DNA of 63,352 bases, counting the filler, from assembly GCF_002087085.1 (NCBI RefSeq). It is 4 parts of 4 records of this genome, joined end to end, with 100 filler letters (N's around TTAATTAATTAA, not from the genome) between each part and the next. Parts side by side here need not be neighbours in the genome. Positions count along the whole stretch, not along the records: positions 1 to 25,565 come from NZ_MWQY01000031.1; 3 more parts are not named here. One strand, written 5' to 3'. Shown one piece after another: positions 9,484-19,541 of this stretch (within the stretch, counting starts at the first letter, position 1; every line of letters begins with the position of its first letter). The notes under the pieces were generated by a model. It was given only the letters and a program-made list of their open reading frames with translations. It was not told where the DNA came from and searched no databases. The position numbers were made by a program, and so were the translations under genes.

Positions 9484-10392
9484 TCAGTTCTCCCCGTCTT
9501 CATAGTGGGTCCAGTAGGGCGACGATTTGAATACCATCGCTGTAAAGGCCATCATTATGGCAAAGAGAATCCACGACAAGGCGGATGCATAGCCCATCTT
9601 GAAGAAATTAAAGGCGTTTTCGTAGATCATGAGGCCATAGAGGTAGGTCGCCTTCATGGGACCGCCGTTGGTAATGACAAAGGCGGGGGTAAACTGCTGG
9701 AAGGCGTTTACCATCTGCATGATCAGGTTAAAGAAGATCATGGGGGTAATCAGGGGCAGGGTAATATTCATAAATGTCCGGATCCGGCCGGAGCCGTCCA
9801 CCGTGGCAGCGTCATACAGATCCCGGGGGATCTGCTTGAGGCCCGCAAGAAAGATTACCATGGACGAACCGAACTGCCATACCGTCAGGAGACTTATAGT
9901 ATAGAGAGCCAGGTCAGGATTTCCCAGCCAGTCAATTCTCGGTAGATGCAGGGTCGAGAACAGCTGATTTATCAGCCCCTGTCGGGCAAAGAGAAACTTC
10001 CACAGGATGGAAACGGCGACACTGCCGCCGAGAATGGAAGGCATATAGTAGACTGTCCGGTAAAAGTTCACATACCTGATTTTCAGGTTGAGGACCATGG
10101 CAATAAAAAGAGCGAAGGCCAGTTTCGCCGGAACCGCGATAAAAACATAGATCAGCGTAACCTTCAGCGACTGCAGAAAGGTTTTGTCATCGCTAAAGAT
10201 CTGAATGAAGTTCTGCAGGCCGACAAACTTCGGCGGTGTCAGAATCGAGAAGCGGGTGAAAGAGTATACCAGCGATGCTATAAACGGATAGAGCTGGAAC
10301 GCCAGCATCCCGATAAGCCAGGGGCTGATATAGAGGAATGCAGCGTAATTATACCTCTTCCGTGCTTTCAGTTTTGCCGTTGCGGTATTCAT
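9484..10392 (-). CDS. Carbohydrate ABC transporter permease (MalF/TogM-like)
   Basis: 'LYDAATVDG' EAA motif and TM helices. Confidence 0.92.
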   Translation of the reverse strand: MNTATAKLKARKRYNYAAFLYISPWLIGMLAFQLYPFIASLVYSFTRFSILTPPKFVGLQNFIQIFSDDKTFLQSLKVTLIYVFIAVPAKLAFALFIAMVLNLKIRYVNFYRTVYYMPSILGGSVAVSILWKFLFARQGLINQLFSTLHLPRIDWLGNPDLALYTISLLTVWQFGSSMVIFLAGLKQIPRDLYDAATVDGSGRIRTFMNITLPLITPMIFFNLIMQMVNAFQQFTPAFVITNGGPMKATYLYGLMIYENAFNFFKMGYASALSWILFAIMMAFTAMVFKSSPYWTHYEDGEN

Positions 10393-10465
10393 GTTCAGAA
10401 ATCCTTATAAAGCCCCCTCCCTTCCGGGAGGGGGGTACGATTCATTTCTTCTCGAATGGATAGAA

Positions 10466-11755
10466 TTACAGCTGTGACAGAACCTTCTCCAGGTCCTCCA
10501 TCATCTGAGTTGCAGCTTCCTCGGGAGTTAAAACCTTGTATCCGACCTGCTGTACGTAGTCTTTTACAATAGTCTCTATCTCTTTGTTCAAGCTGGGACC
10601 ATTTTCCGGACCGCCGCTGTAGGGCAGTGCAAGATTGACTGCGGTAACGACATCGGTATCCAGTTCGTCTGCTGCAGCCAGAATATCCCGCGCCCTGGAT
10701 GTCGGGGGAACACCGCGACAGTCTTTAAGGATATTGATGGCTTCTTCGGAATTGAAGAACCAGTCGATGAATTTAATCGCTTCTTCCTTGTTGGCTGATC
10801 TGCTGTTTACAGCCAGAAGCTGGGAAGGTGTAGTCTGCAGCCCGGGATTTACCGCATCCTCGGGAATCGGAAAACGGGCAACGGTCATGTCAAAGGTTGT
10901 TGCATTTTTTACAGTAGTATAAACGGATGCCCAGGATGAAATCATTCCGTAACTGCCGTTCAGCCAGTTGGGGATCTGGTCCCAGCCCTTGCCGTCATAG
11001 AGAACGGTCTCTTCCAAGGGTGCAAAGGCCCCCGACTCAAACGCGCCATCAATATATTCCAGAACCTCCACCAGGTCCTGCTTTTCAAATCCGAAACTGA
11101 GATCGTCTTTTATAAAATTGTTACCGGTTTTCTGTTTCAGCTGAATTTTTATGACATACCAGAAGTGCTGCGGCTGAAGCCCCATAAGGTACTTATCTTC
11201 ACCCAGGGCCCTGACCTTGCCGCCATAATCAAGAATATCCTGCCAGGTCCAGGATTCCTTTACCGGAATACCCGCGTCCTTCAGGAGCGGTGAATTGAGG
11301 GTCAAGCCGAAGGCATTCAGTCCGGTTGGCAGCCCGAGGAGATAATCCCCGTGAGCACCATAGGCTCTGGTGAATTTCATATCGAAGCCGCTCATGTCGA
11401 TCTTGTCCGTCAGCGTATTCATATCAACAAATACTTCACCCTGGGCAGCCAGGTCGTGGACCCATTTGTAATCGATCTGCACCACATCGGCGGCGGTCCC
11501 CCCGGCCAGCTGGGTAACCAGCTTCTGATAGTAGGAATCGAATCCGCCGTATTCGGCCTCGATTTTTACGTTGGGGTTCTTTGCCTCATAGGCTTCGATG
11601 GCAGCCAGTGTTGCCTTGTGCCGGGTATCGCCCCCCCACCAGGAGAACCGTAAGTTCACCTGGTCCGAAGATCCGTCGGCAGATTCACCCTGACCACCGG
11701 CGAAAACCAGCCCGGCGGACAGAACAATAACAGACAGTAAAAGTAGTTTTCTCAT
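10466..11755 (-). CDS. Sugar ABC transporter solute-binding protein (TogB/YesO-like, oligogalacturonide type)
   Basis: Leader MRKLLLL...FAGGQ, 'LRFSWWGGDTRH' motif typical of TogB/YesO; AGGAGG RBS. Confidence 0.85.
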   Translation of the reverse strand: MRKLLLLSVIVLSAGLVFAGGQGESADGSSDQVNLRFSWWGGDTRHKATLAAIEAYEAKNPNVKIEAEYGGFDSYYQKLVTQLAGGTAADVVQIDYKWVHDLAAQGEVFVDMNTLTDKIDMSGFDMKFTRAYGAHGDYLLGLPTGLNAFGLTLNSPLLKDAGIPVKESWTWQDILDYGGKVRALGEDKYLMGLQPQHFWYVIKIQLKQKTGNNFIKDDLSFGFEKQDLVEVLEYIDGAFESGAFAPLEETVLYDGKGWDQIPNWLNGSYGMISSWASVYTTVKNATTFDMTVARFPIPEDAVNPGLQTTPSQLLAVNSRSANKEEAIKFIDWFFNSEEAINILKDCRGVPPTSRARDILAAADELDTDVVTAVNLALPYSGGPENGPSLNKEIETIVKDYVQQVGYKVLTPEEAATQMMEDLEKVLSQL

Positions 11756-11989
11756 TTTCTCCTCCTTTAAGGATAAACAGTAGAAATACATGAAAAATGG
11801 TACCATCCTGCAGGAAATCACATAAGAGCCAATGCTTATGATTATGGTATGAAGAATTGGTACCCTCAAAACAGGAACCTTTGAAAAAGACACTTTTATT
11901 GCGAAAGGTTGCATTACTTAAGATCCGTTAACATAAACAGATTGCAGGTTTTTGAAAAGAGATGATAGTATTACCACCACGGCTTAGCA

Positions 11990-12760
11990 ATGTATACCTT
12001 GTTGATAGTTGACGACGAATACGAGATACGCAACGGACTCTCCAACCTGTTCCCCTGGCACGAGACGGGCTTTCAGGTCCAGGCTGTCCGTGAGAACGGC
12101 CGGGAAGCTCTGGATTATATTATTGAGCATCCCGTGGATGTGGTGCTCTGCGACATCATGATGCCCGAACTGTCCGGAATAGAGCTGGCCAGAGAACTCC
12201 GGGACAGGCATCCCCGGATAAAGGTCGTCTTTTTAAGCGGTTACCGTGATTTTGAATACGCCCGCAAAGCCCTCTCCTACGGGGTCAGAAACTATATTGT
12301 CAAACCGACAAAATACTCTGAACTCAGCCACGTCTTCCATCAGTTGAGGGAAGAACTCGATGAAGAGCAGTCTTTATCCGGACCGCAGGGCCCGGATAAA
12401 ACTGAAGCCGAAGCTCCTCAGGAAGGCGGCCTGCAGGAGCGGATCATAGCCAGGGTACGGAAATATATCGATACGAACTGTCACGATGCAAGCCTCGAGA
12501 AGGCCGCCGATCTGGTCCGTATGAATCCCCACTATCTGAGCAAACTTTACAAACAGGTTACGGGAGTAAATTTCTCCGATCACCTCCTGGGAGTAAAGAT
12601 GGACAGGGCTGCGGAACTGCTGAGGGGCATCAACTACAGGACCCATGAAATCAGCCGAATGCTGGGCTATAGCTCCCCCAAGAGTTTTTCCCGGGCCTTC
12701 AAGCAGTACTATGGAATGAGCCCCAGGGAATTCCGGAACTCAAAACCTCCGGTTGAGTAA
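11990..12760 (+). CDS. Response regulator, REC + AraC HTH (YesN-like)
   Basis: 'LIVDDE', 'CDIMMP', 'KP' and a C-terminal AraC HTH 'FSRAFKQYYGMSP'. Confidence 0.93.
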   Translation: MYTLLIVDDEYEIRNGLSNLFPWHETGFQVQAVRENGREALDYIIEHPVDVVLCDIMMPELSGIELARELRDRHPRIKVVFLSGYRDFEYARKALSYGVRNYIVKPTKYSELSHVFHQLREELDEEQSLSGPQGPDKTEAEAPQEGGLQERIIARVRKYIDTNCHDASLEKAADLVRMNPHYLSKLYKQVTGVNFSDHLLGVKMDRAAELLRGINYRTHEISRMLGYSSPKSFSRAFKQYYGMSPREFRNSKPPVE

Positions 12761-12783
12761 TTCAAAAAGAGAAGGATTCTCCC

Positions 12784-14538
12784 ATGGTGGAACACAAGCA
12801 GTCGCGCTTCTTTTTACGAAATTTTGCCCTTTTTCTACTGCCGGTTTTCGTATCTCTTATGCTGCTGGGATCCATATCGATTGCCATAACCCAGAAATTC
12901 GTACGGGAAGAGATTGACCGGAAGGACAGTATTCTGCTCGGTCAGATCATGGCGGCGATTGAAGTAATGCTCAATGAGATGGATTCCCTGAATCTGAATT
13001 TCGGGACCAATCCGGAGATCAACTTCGGCTTGAAGCGCATCCTCAGAAGCGATCCCTACAGCCTGACAAATACGGAAATAGACAAACTCTCCATGATCAG
13101 AAACTTTATCGACGCCCCGGCGAACTCCCGCCCCTATATTCATTCCATTTACGTATACATGAACAACAATTACGGCCGGCTTCTGACTACAACGGAGGGC
13201 CTCACATCCCTGGATACCTTTTTCGACACTCAGTGGTTTGTACGTTTCCAGACCTCCCCTGCCGAATCCCTTATGTGGACGGAGGTTCGGAACATTCGTC
13301 AATACGCCTTTGAACGGGAATCGAAAAGAATTCTGAGCATATACCGCAGGCTCTTTTCGTCGGGGGTAGCCCGGACCGACGGGGTGATTGTTCTCAACAT
13401 TAACGCCGCATATATCGAAAACCTTCTGAGTTCCCTGCGAATATACCCTGAGCAGCGTCTTTTAATCAGTGACGGCGAGGGAAACGTCCTTTTCGGGAAT
13501 CCTCCGGAGGGATTTTCCGCCAAAGCCATTGTTTCAGACACGGAAAATTCCTACTCCGTATCCCGGCTCGAATCCCGGCGTTACGGCTGGAACTACATCT
13601 CCGTAGTACCCACGGAGATTATCTACGACATCCCGTCCCGCCTGAGCCTGATAACCTTCGGCGTATTCGTTTTATCAGCACTGATGGGACTGACAATAAC
13701 CTACGTGCTTACCCGACGAAATTACCGCAATATCCAGAATATTATCTCCATTATCGATTCTGCGGAGAACGACCAGCCCCTTCCGCCCGGGCCCTCCGGG
13801 GTACATGACGAATACGGGTATATCGTCCAGAACCTGCTTAAAACCTTCATCGAACGCAGCTACCTGAAGGTCCAGCTCTCCGAAAGAATGTACCGAACCC
13901 GGACTATCGAGCTCCTGGCCCTGCAGTCCCAGATGAACCCCCACTTTCTCTTCAATACCCTGGAAACCATCAACTGGAAGATCCTGGGCTTTACCGGAAA
14001 ACCCAACGAAGCAAACGAAATGATTACCAACCTCTCGGACGTTCTGCAGTACTCCCTGAGGGGGGATCAGCGGGAGGTCTCCCTGGAGGAAGAGATCGAA
14101 AACACCAGAAGTTACATCGCCATACAGAAAGTCCGCTACCGGGACAAATTCGAGGTTATCTGGGACTGGGACGAAGAACTCCTTGAGTGCGGAGTCATGA
14201 AACTTCTTTTACAGCCTCTGGTGGAAAACTCCATATACCACGGTATTAAAACCATCAAGGGTTCCGCCGCAATCTTTATAACAATCCGTTCGGCAGGAGA
14301 AACCCTGGAGCTTACGGTTCGGGATACCGGTAAAGGCATGTCTCCGGAGGACCTGGAGAAAATCCGGGATTCAATAAAGGAAGAGCGGGAAGAAAAGGAC
14401 CTCTCGCACCATATCGGTCTGTATAACACCAACAAACGGCTGAAGCTGCTTTACGGAAAGGAATATGGCCTGTTCATTGACAGCCTGCCGGGAAAGGGAA
14501 CCACAGCAACGGCAGTTCTGCCCCTGCATATTTCCTAG
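12784..14538 (+). CDS. Sensor histidine kinase (YesM/LytS-like)
   Basis: 'LQSQMNPHFLFNTL', 'QPLVENSIYHG', 'DTGKG', two TM helices. Confidence 0.93.
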   Translation: MVEHKQSRFFLRNFALFLLPVFVSLMLLGSISIAITQKFVREEIDRKDSILLGQIMAAIEVMLNEMDSLNLNFGTNPEINFGLKRILRSDPYSLTNTEIDKLSMIRNFIDAPANSRPYIHSIYVYMNNNYGRLLTTTEGLTSLDTFFDTQWFVRFQTSPAESLMWTEVRNIRQYAFERESKRILSIYRRLFSSGVARTDGVIVLNINAAYIENLLSSLRIYPEQRLLISDGEGNVLFGNPPEGFSAKAIVSDTENSYSVSRLESRRYGWNYISVVPTEIIYDIPSRLSLITFGVFVLSALMGLTITYVLTRRNYRNIQNIISIIDSAENDQPLPPGPSGVHDEYGYIVQNLLKTFIERSYLKVQLSERMYRTRTIELLALQSQMNPHFLFNTLETINWKILGFTGKPNEANEMITNLSDVLQYSLRGDQREVSLEEEIENTRSYIAIQKVRYRDKFEVIWDWDEELLECGVMKLLLQPLVENSIYHGIKTIKGSAAIFITIRSAGETLELTVRDTGKGMSPEDLEKIRDSIKEEREEKDLSHHIGLYNTNKRLKLLYGKEYGLFIDSLPGKGTTATAVLPLHIS

Positions 14539-14539
14539 T

Positions 14540-16441
14540 TCACTCCTGCCCCAGGGACTTCATTTTTCGCCACAGGGTACTTCGGCTTATCCCCAGAGAA
14601 CGGGCCGCCTGGGAATAGTTACCTCCCGCAGCCTCAACCGCAGTAAGGATGGCCTGCTTCTCCAGAGTTTTCAGCTCCGGAACCGTATCTTCCTGCAGAG
14701 CTGCTGTATCAGGTAAGGAGGATCTCGCCGGAGTATCAGCGGAGAGCCCCTCTATATCGCCGCAGTCAACTATGTTCTCCTCGCACAGGGCGGAGAGACG
14801 TTCGCAGAGATTGGCCAGTTCCCGTACATTCCCCGGCCATGAGTAGGACTCCAGCAGTCCCATGGCGCCGGGGTTTACCGCGACTCCTGGAAGTCCCATA
14901 CGGCTGCGATAGAGATTCAGGTAGTGCTTCATGAGCAGGGGTACATCCTCCCGGTGCTGCCGCAGGGGGGGCACATTGATGCGCAGCACATCGAGACGAA
15001 AAAGAATGTCCTGCCGGAATTTTCCCTCCTTCGCCATGGCTCCAAGGTCCTTGTTGGTGGCGGCTATGATCCTGACATCGATGGGAATGACCCGGTCGTG
15101 ACCTATGCGCATGATCTCCCGTTCCTGGAGCACCCTCAGGAGTTTGGCCTGCAGGGGGAGCGGGATTTCCCCCACCTCATCGAGAAAAATGGTCCCCTCG
15201 TGGGCAATTTCGAAGAGCCCGGCCTTTCCGCCCTTCATGGCGCCGGTAAAGGCCCCTTCGGTGTATCCGAAGAGTTCACTTTCCAGAAGCTGCTCCGGCA
15301 GGGCTGCACAGTTGACCGCCACAAAGGGACCCTGGGACCGGGTACTCATGCGGTGAATGCTGTGGGCAAAGAGTTCCTTTCCGGTACCCGTCTCTCCGAA
15401 GATCAGCACATTGGCATCCACTTTACTGAACTTTTCGGCAGTGCTGATGGCCGTTTTTATCCTGTCGCTCCGGCCGACGATATCCTGAAAGCCGTATTTA
15501 GCCGTATGTCCCTTGGTAAGGATTTTCTTGCGGATCTTGTTCTCTATTTCCACAATCCGGCTGACGTTCTGAAGGGTCGCTACAGCCCCTGTAACGACGT
15601 TGTCGATCCTGATGGGTACAAAGTTCGCCGCCACATGGGAATCGCCCACGAGTTCCAGGGCCCCCAGGTCCTCTTCTCCCCGTTCAAGAACCCTGGAGAT
15701 GCTGTCCGATGAGAGCACCGACTCCACCGGACGCCCCAGAATACTCCTCTGAAAACCCAGCATCCTGGAAGCGGAGGTATTCACCGCAGTGATGCGGCCG
15801 GACCTGTCCACCGCGAGAATTCCCTCATGGGTATAATCCATGATGATCTGAAAAAACTCGGCCCGTTCCCTCTCCTTTTCCTTTATTTCGCTGGTACGGA
15901 TCGCTTCGTCCACCGCCTGCTTGATGGCATCCTCCCTGCTTTTTATCCAGGTCGCATTGAGTCCCGTCTGCAGGGCGAAATTGTAGGTCATGAGTCCGCC
16001 GACAATGGCATCGGCTCCCCGTTCAACGGCATCGTGGATATAGTAGGAGGCATCACCCTCCTTCTCCACGCGGTAAACCATCACCTCTATGTCCATGATG
16101 TTATTGAGCACCGGGGATCCGTAAACCATATTTACCGAGCCGATTACAGCAATTTTTCTTGCCCCGAAACGCCGTTTACACTCATCCAGGGCGCAGATTA
16201 CATCGTATCCCGTAACCGGGATCTCCACCACGGTGATTTCAGGATGATACTCCCTGAGGGCTGCACAGGTTATTCCCCTGGCGATAATGATATCACAGTC
16301 AAATTTCAGTTTCCGTACATCTTCGGTACCGACGATATGAGTGGTATCAAAACTGACATCCCTGTGTCGCGCCTCCGACAGGTACTTGTGGACCGTCTCT
16401 TCCAGATCATAATAGGGAATAACAAAGGTAATCTTGAGCAT
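14540..16441 (-). CDS. Sigma54-dependent activator with PrpR_N and PAS domains
   Basis: PrpR_N-like 'IIIARG...IPVTGYD', 'GETGTGKE', 'GAFTGA', 'FLDEVGE', Fis HTH 'LGISRSTLWRK'. Confidence 0.92.
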   Translation of the reverse strand: MLKITFVIPYYDLEETVHKYLSEARHRDVSFDTTHIVGTEDVRKLKFDCDIIIARGITCAALREYHPEITVVEIPVTGYDVICALDECKRRFGARKIAVIGSVNMVYGSPVLNNIMDIEVMVYRVEKEGDASYYIHDAVERGADAIVGGLMTYNFALQTGLNATWIKSREDAIKQAVDEAIRTSEIKEKERERAEFFQIIMDYTHEGILAVDRSGRITAVNTSASRMLGFQRSILGRPVESVLSSDSISRVLERGEEDLGALELVGDSHVAANFVPIRIDNVVTGAVATLQNVSRIVEIENKIRKKILTKGHTAKYGFQDIVGRSDRIKTAISTAEKFSKVDANVLIFGETGTGKELFAHSIHRMSTRSQGPFVAVNCAALPEQLLESELFGYTEGAFTGAMKGGKAGLFEIAHEGTIFLDEVGEIPLPLQAKLLRVLQEREIMRIGHDRVIPIDVRIIAATNKDLGAMAKEGKFRQDILFRLDVLRINVPPLRQHREDVPLLMKHYLNLYRSRMGLPGVAVNPGAMGLLESYSWPGNVRELANLCERLSALCEENIVDCGDIEGLSADTPARSSLPDTAALQEDTVPELKTLEKQAILTAVEAAGGNYSQAARSLGISRSTLWRKMKSLGQE

Positions 16442-16448
16442 GAGAAAT

Positions 16449-16499
16449 TGTATCATACTGAAACAGGTGTAGCAAGCTGAATCGTATCATAGTAAAACA
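16449..16499. promoter_or_regulatory. Two candidate enhancer (UAS) sites for the PrpR-like activator
   Basis: TGTATCATACTGAAACA (16449-16465) and CGTATCATAGTAAAACA (16483-16499), imperfect palindromes ~90-140 bp upstream of the sigma54 promoter. Confidence 0.55.
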
Positions 16500-16585
16500 G
16501 TTTAACCGGCCGGGGTGGAGGGAAGAAATCCTATAGTGGTTCTATGTAATTGCCAGATATATACTTACCAACTTTCGCGGTTTTT

Positions 16586-16601
16586 TGGCACAAGTATTGC
16601 A
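16586..16601 (+). promoter_or_regulatory. Sigma54 (-24/-12) promoter of the TRAP-pdxA operon
   Basis: TGGCAC-AAGTA-TTGCA matches TGGCAC-N5-TTGC; the divergent bEBP is adjacent. Confidence 0.88.
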
Positions 16602-16648
16602 GTAGAGTATATACCATTAACCACATTCATAATAAGGAGTGTACAATA

Positions 16649-17662
16649 ATGAAGAAAGCACTGGTTTTTATGGTACTGTTGTTAGCAACTGCGGGAATCG
16701 TCTGGGCAGGCGGCGGACAGGAAGGAGGTGCTGCAAGCGCCGAAAAACCTGTGGTACTGAGAATCGCTCATACCCATACCGAAGAAGGTCTCTATTACAA
16801 AGGTTCAGAAAAGTTCAAGGAACTCGTTGAAGCCAATTCCAACGGCCGCATCGTCGTTGAGCACTATCCCAACGGACAGCTCGGAGCCGACAAGGACATT
16901 CAGGAGAGTATCAAGCTCGGAACCCTGGAACTGGGTCTATCCTCCTCTCCAGTCGTATCCCTGAACGATTACTTCAAGCTGCTCGACGCGCCTTACCTCT
17001 TTGTTAGCCGTGAGCACGTAAGCAGGGCCCTGGACGGTGAACTGGGAGAGAAGATGGCGAAGCCCCTGGAAGCCCAGAACATCAAACATCTGGGTTACTG
17101 GGAGAACGGTTTCCGGCAGATCACCAACAACGTCCGTCCCATATACACCCCCTCCGACCTGGCGGGTATCAAGCTCAGAACCCCTGAAAGCCCGGTGCGG
17201 ATGAGCACCTTCAAGGCCTTTGGAGCCAATCCCGTTGCCATGTCCTTTACCGAGGTTTTCGGAGCCCTGCAGCAGGGGATCATCGACGGACAGGAGAACC
17301 CTCTTGCAACCATCTATCAGGCATCTCTCCATGAAGTGCAGAAGTACCTTTCCCTGACCGGACACGTCTACTCCGCGGTTCACCTGCTGATGAACAACGA
17401 GCTTTTCCAGTCCCTGCCCGCAGACCTGCAGAAGGTTCTCGTGGATGCCGGCAAGGAAACCGCCCGTTACACCAGGCAGCTCGGTGCCGAAGCCGATGCC
17501 AAACTCGCTGACGTAATGGCTCAGGAGGGCATCGAGGTCAATGAAGCGGATGTAAAATCCTTCGTAGATCTTTCCAAACCCATCTGGCAGACCATCGCTT
17601 CCGAAAACAAGTTTCAGGATGCAGGGGACATAATGGATCAGATCGCGGCCCTGGCCGACTGA
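16649..17662 (+). CDS. dctP: TRAP transporter solute-binding subunit
   Basis: 'ENGFRQIT', 'GIKLRTP', 'DGQENP'; AAGGAG RBS. Confidence 0.92.
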   Translation: MKKALVFMVLLLATAGIVWAGGGQEGGAASAEKPVVLRIAHTHTEEGLYYKGSEKFKELVEANSNGRIVVEHYPNGQLGADKDIQESIKLGTLELGLSSSPVVSLNDYFKLLDAPYLFVSREHVSRALDGELGEKMAKPLEAQNIKHLGYWENGFRQITNNVRPIYTPSDLAGIKLRTPESPVRMSTFKAFGANPVAMSFTEVFGALQQGIIDGQENPLATIYQASLHEVQKYLSLTGHVYSAVHLLMNNELFQSLPADLQKVLVDAGKETARYTRQLGAEADAKLADVMAQEGIEVNEADVKSFVDLSKPIWQTIASENKFQDAGDIMDQIAALAD

Positions 17663-17749
17663 TTACAGGTTCCCTCGCGGAACACGGGCAGCCCCGCGGG
17701 GCTGCCTCTTTTTTACGACCGACCTGACAAAACCTAAAAGGAGCACAGA

Positions 17750-18220
17750 ATGAAAGAGAAGCTTGACAGGCTTGTCGATTCCCTGATGGGGGTACTGGTA
17801 CTCGGCATGACCGTCGTAGTCTCGATAGCCGTCTTTTATCGCTATGTACTTGATCAGCCCCTATCCTGGACCGAAGAGATAACCCGAATGTTCATCGTCT
17901 GGCTCTCCTTTCTGGGAGCCTACGCCGCCATGAGAGAAAACAAGCATATCGGCTTCGATCTGCTGGTTGCCAAATTCTCCCCCAGATTCAAAGCCCTGAC
18001 CGACCTGGTGGGGCAGATCCTGATCGGAATCTTCCTTCTTGTCGTAACCTACCAGGGCTTTATCTTTTCCTATGAATTTCTCGGAGTAACCATGCCCTAC
18101 ACGGACATATCGATCGGCTGGTTCTATTACAGCGTTTTTCCCGTGACCGGAATCCTGATGGTAACCCAGACCGTATTAGCCATCCTCCAAACCCTGAAAA
18201 ACCTCAAGGCCGCACAATAA
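17750..18220 (+). CDS. dctQ: TRAP transporter small permease
   Basis: 'RYVLDQPLSWTEE...HIGFD', four TM segments. Confidence 0.9.
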   Translation: MKEKLDRLVDSLMGVLVLGMTVVVSIAVFYRYVLDQPLSWTEEITRMFIVWLSFLGAYAAMRENKHIGFDLLVAKFSPRFKALTDLVGQILIGIFLLVVTYQGFIFSYEFLGVTMPYTDISIGWFYYSVFPVTGILMVTQTVLAILQTLKNLKAAQ

Positions 18221-18233
18221 AGGAGGGCCCCAA

Positions 18234-19517
18234 ATGTTAGTTGTGTTAATTTTCGGCCTTATGGGCCTTTTTATAATGCTGAACCTGCCGGTGGCCTTCG
18301 CCCTGGGAGTAACATCCCTGGCCTTCCTTACCTTTGCCACCAATGTTCCCCTTATCGTCGTTGTGCAGCGTCTTCTGCTGGGGGTCGACAGTTTTACCCT
18401 GCTGGGGGTTCCCCTCTTTATCTTCGTCGGAATCATGATGAACCGGACCAACCTGTCCCAGAAGATTGTCGACTTCGCCATGGCCCTGGTAGGGCACATG
18501 AAAGGGGGGCTGGCCATGGTTAACGTTGTAACCAGCATGTTCTTCGCGGGCATCTCCGGCACATCCATGGCTGACACTGCCGCGGTGGGAGGAGTCATTA
18601 TCCCGGCGATGATCGAAAAGGGCTACAAGCCCTCTTTTACCGGGGCCGTTACCGCGGCTTCCTCGACCATCGGAATCATCATTCCCCCCAGCGTCCCCAT
18701 GATTCTTTACGGTGTTTTCGTGGGATTGTCCGTACCGACCCTGTTCATAGCAGGACTTCTGCCGGGAATCATGATCGGTGCGGCCATGTGTCTGGTATCC
18801 CTTATCATCTCCATAAAGGAAGGTTACGGCTCCGAGACAAAGTTCTCCCTGAAGACCCTGGCTAAAACCTTTGTCGAGAGTATCCCCGCCCTGATACTGC
18901 CCCTCATTATTCTGGGCGGAATCATGGGGGGAGTATTCACCACCACCGAGGCTGCAGGAGCAGCGGCGTCCTACATAATTCTGTACGGTCTCGTTACCAG
19001 AGAACTGCCGCCGAAAAAGATATTTGCAGCGGCAAAAGAGTCCGCTCTCCTTTCGGGACAGGTAATGATTATCATCTCCGTGGCCAACCTGCTGGGCTGG
19101 GTCTTTGCCTACGCAAAAATTCCCCAGCTTCTGGTTAACCCTTTCCTGAACCTGACCACCAACCCCTACCTCTTTCTGTGGATCGTCTCTGCCATTCTGA
19201 TTGTGGCAGGTACTTTCCTCCACGGAACAGCCATGCTGGTCATCGTCATACCCCTTTTCCTTCCCATCGCGGCAAAACTGGGTATACACCCCTTCCACTT
19301 TGCCATGGTGGTCATGATGTGCTGGGGTATCGGTCAGCAGACTCCTCCGGTAGGTTCAGCCCTCTACATCACCTGTACCCTGGCGAAAATAGATATGTGG
19401 ACCCTGACCAAAGCGAACATGCCCTTTGTGGGTTCCCTGATCGCCATCCTGGCCATGGTTATCCACCTTCCTGATTTTATGGTATTCGCCATCCCCAGGG
19501 CACTGGGAATGTTATAA
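18234..19517 (+). CDS. dctM: TRAP transporter large permease
   Basis: 'GISGTSMAD', 'IIPPSVPMI', 'TPPVG'. Confidence 0.93.
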   Translation: MLVVLIFGLMGLFIMLNLPVAFALGVTSLAFLTFATNVPLIVVVQRLLLGVDSFTLLGVPLFIFVGIMMNRTNLSQKIVDFAMALVGHMKGGLAMVNVVTSMFFAGISGTSMADTAAVGGVIIPAMIEKGYKPSFTGAVTAASSTIGIIIPPSVPMILYGVFVGLSVPTLFIAGLLPGIMIGAAMCLVSLIISIKEGYGSETKFSLKTLAKTFVESIPALILPLIILGGIMGGVFTTTEAAGAAASYIILYGLVTRELPPKKIFAAAKESALLSGQVMIIISVANLLGWVFAYAKIPQLLVNPFLNLTTNPYLFLWIVSAILIVAGTFLHGTAMLVIVIPLFLPIAAKLGIHPFHFAMVVMMCWGIGQQTPPVGSALYITCTLAKIDMWTLTKANMPFVGSLIAILAMVIHLPDFMVFAIPRALGML

Positions 19518-19541
19518 ACCGAGCATCCAAGGAGTTAAAGA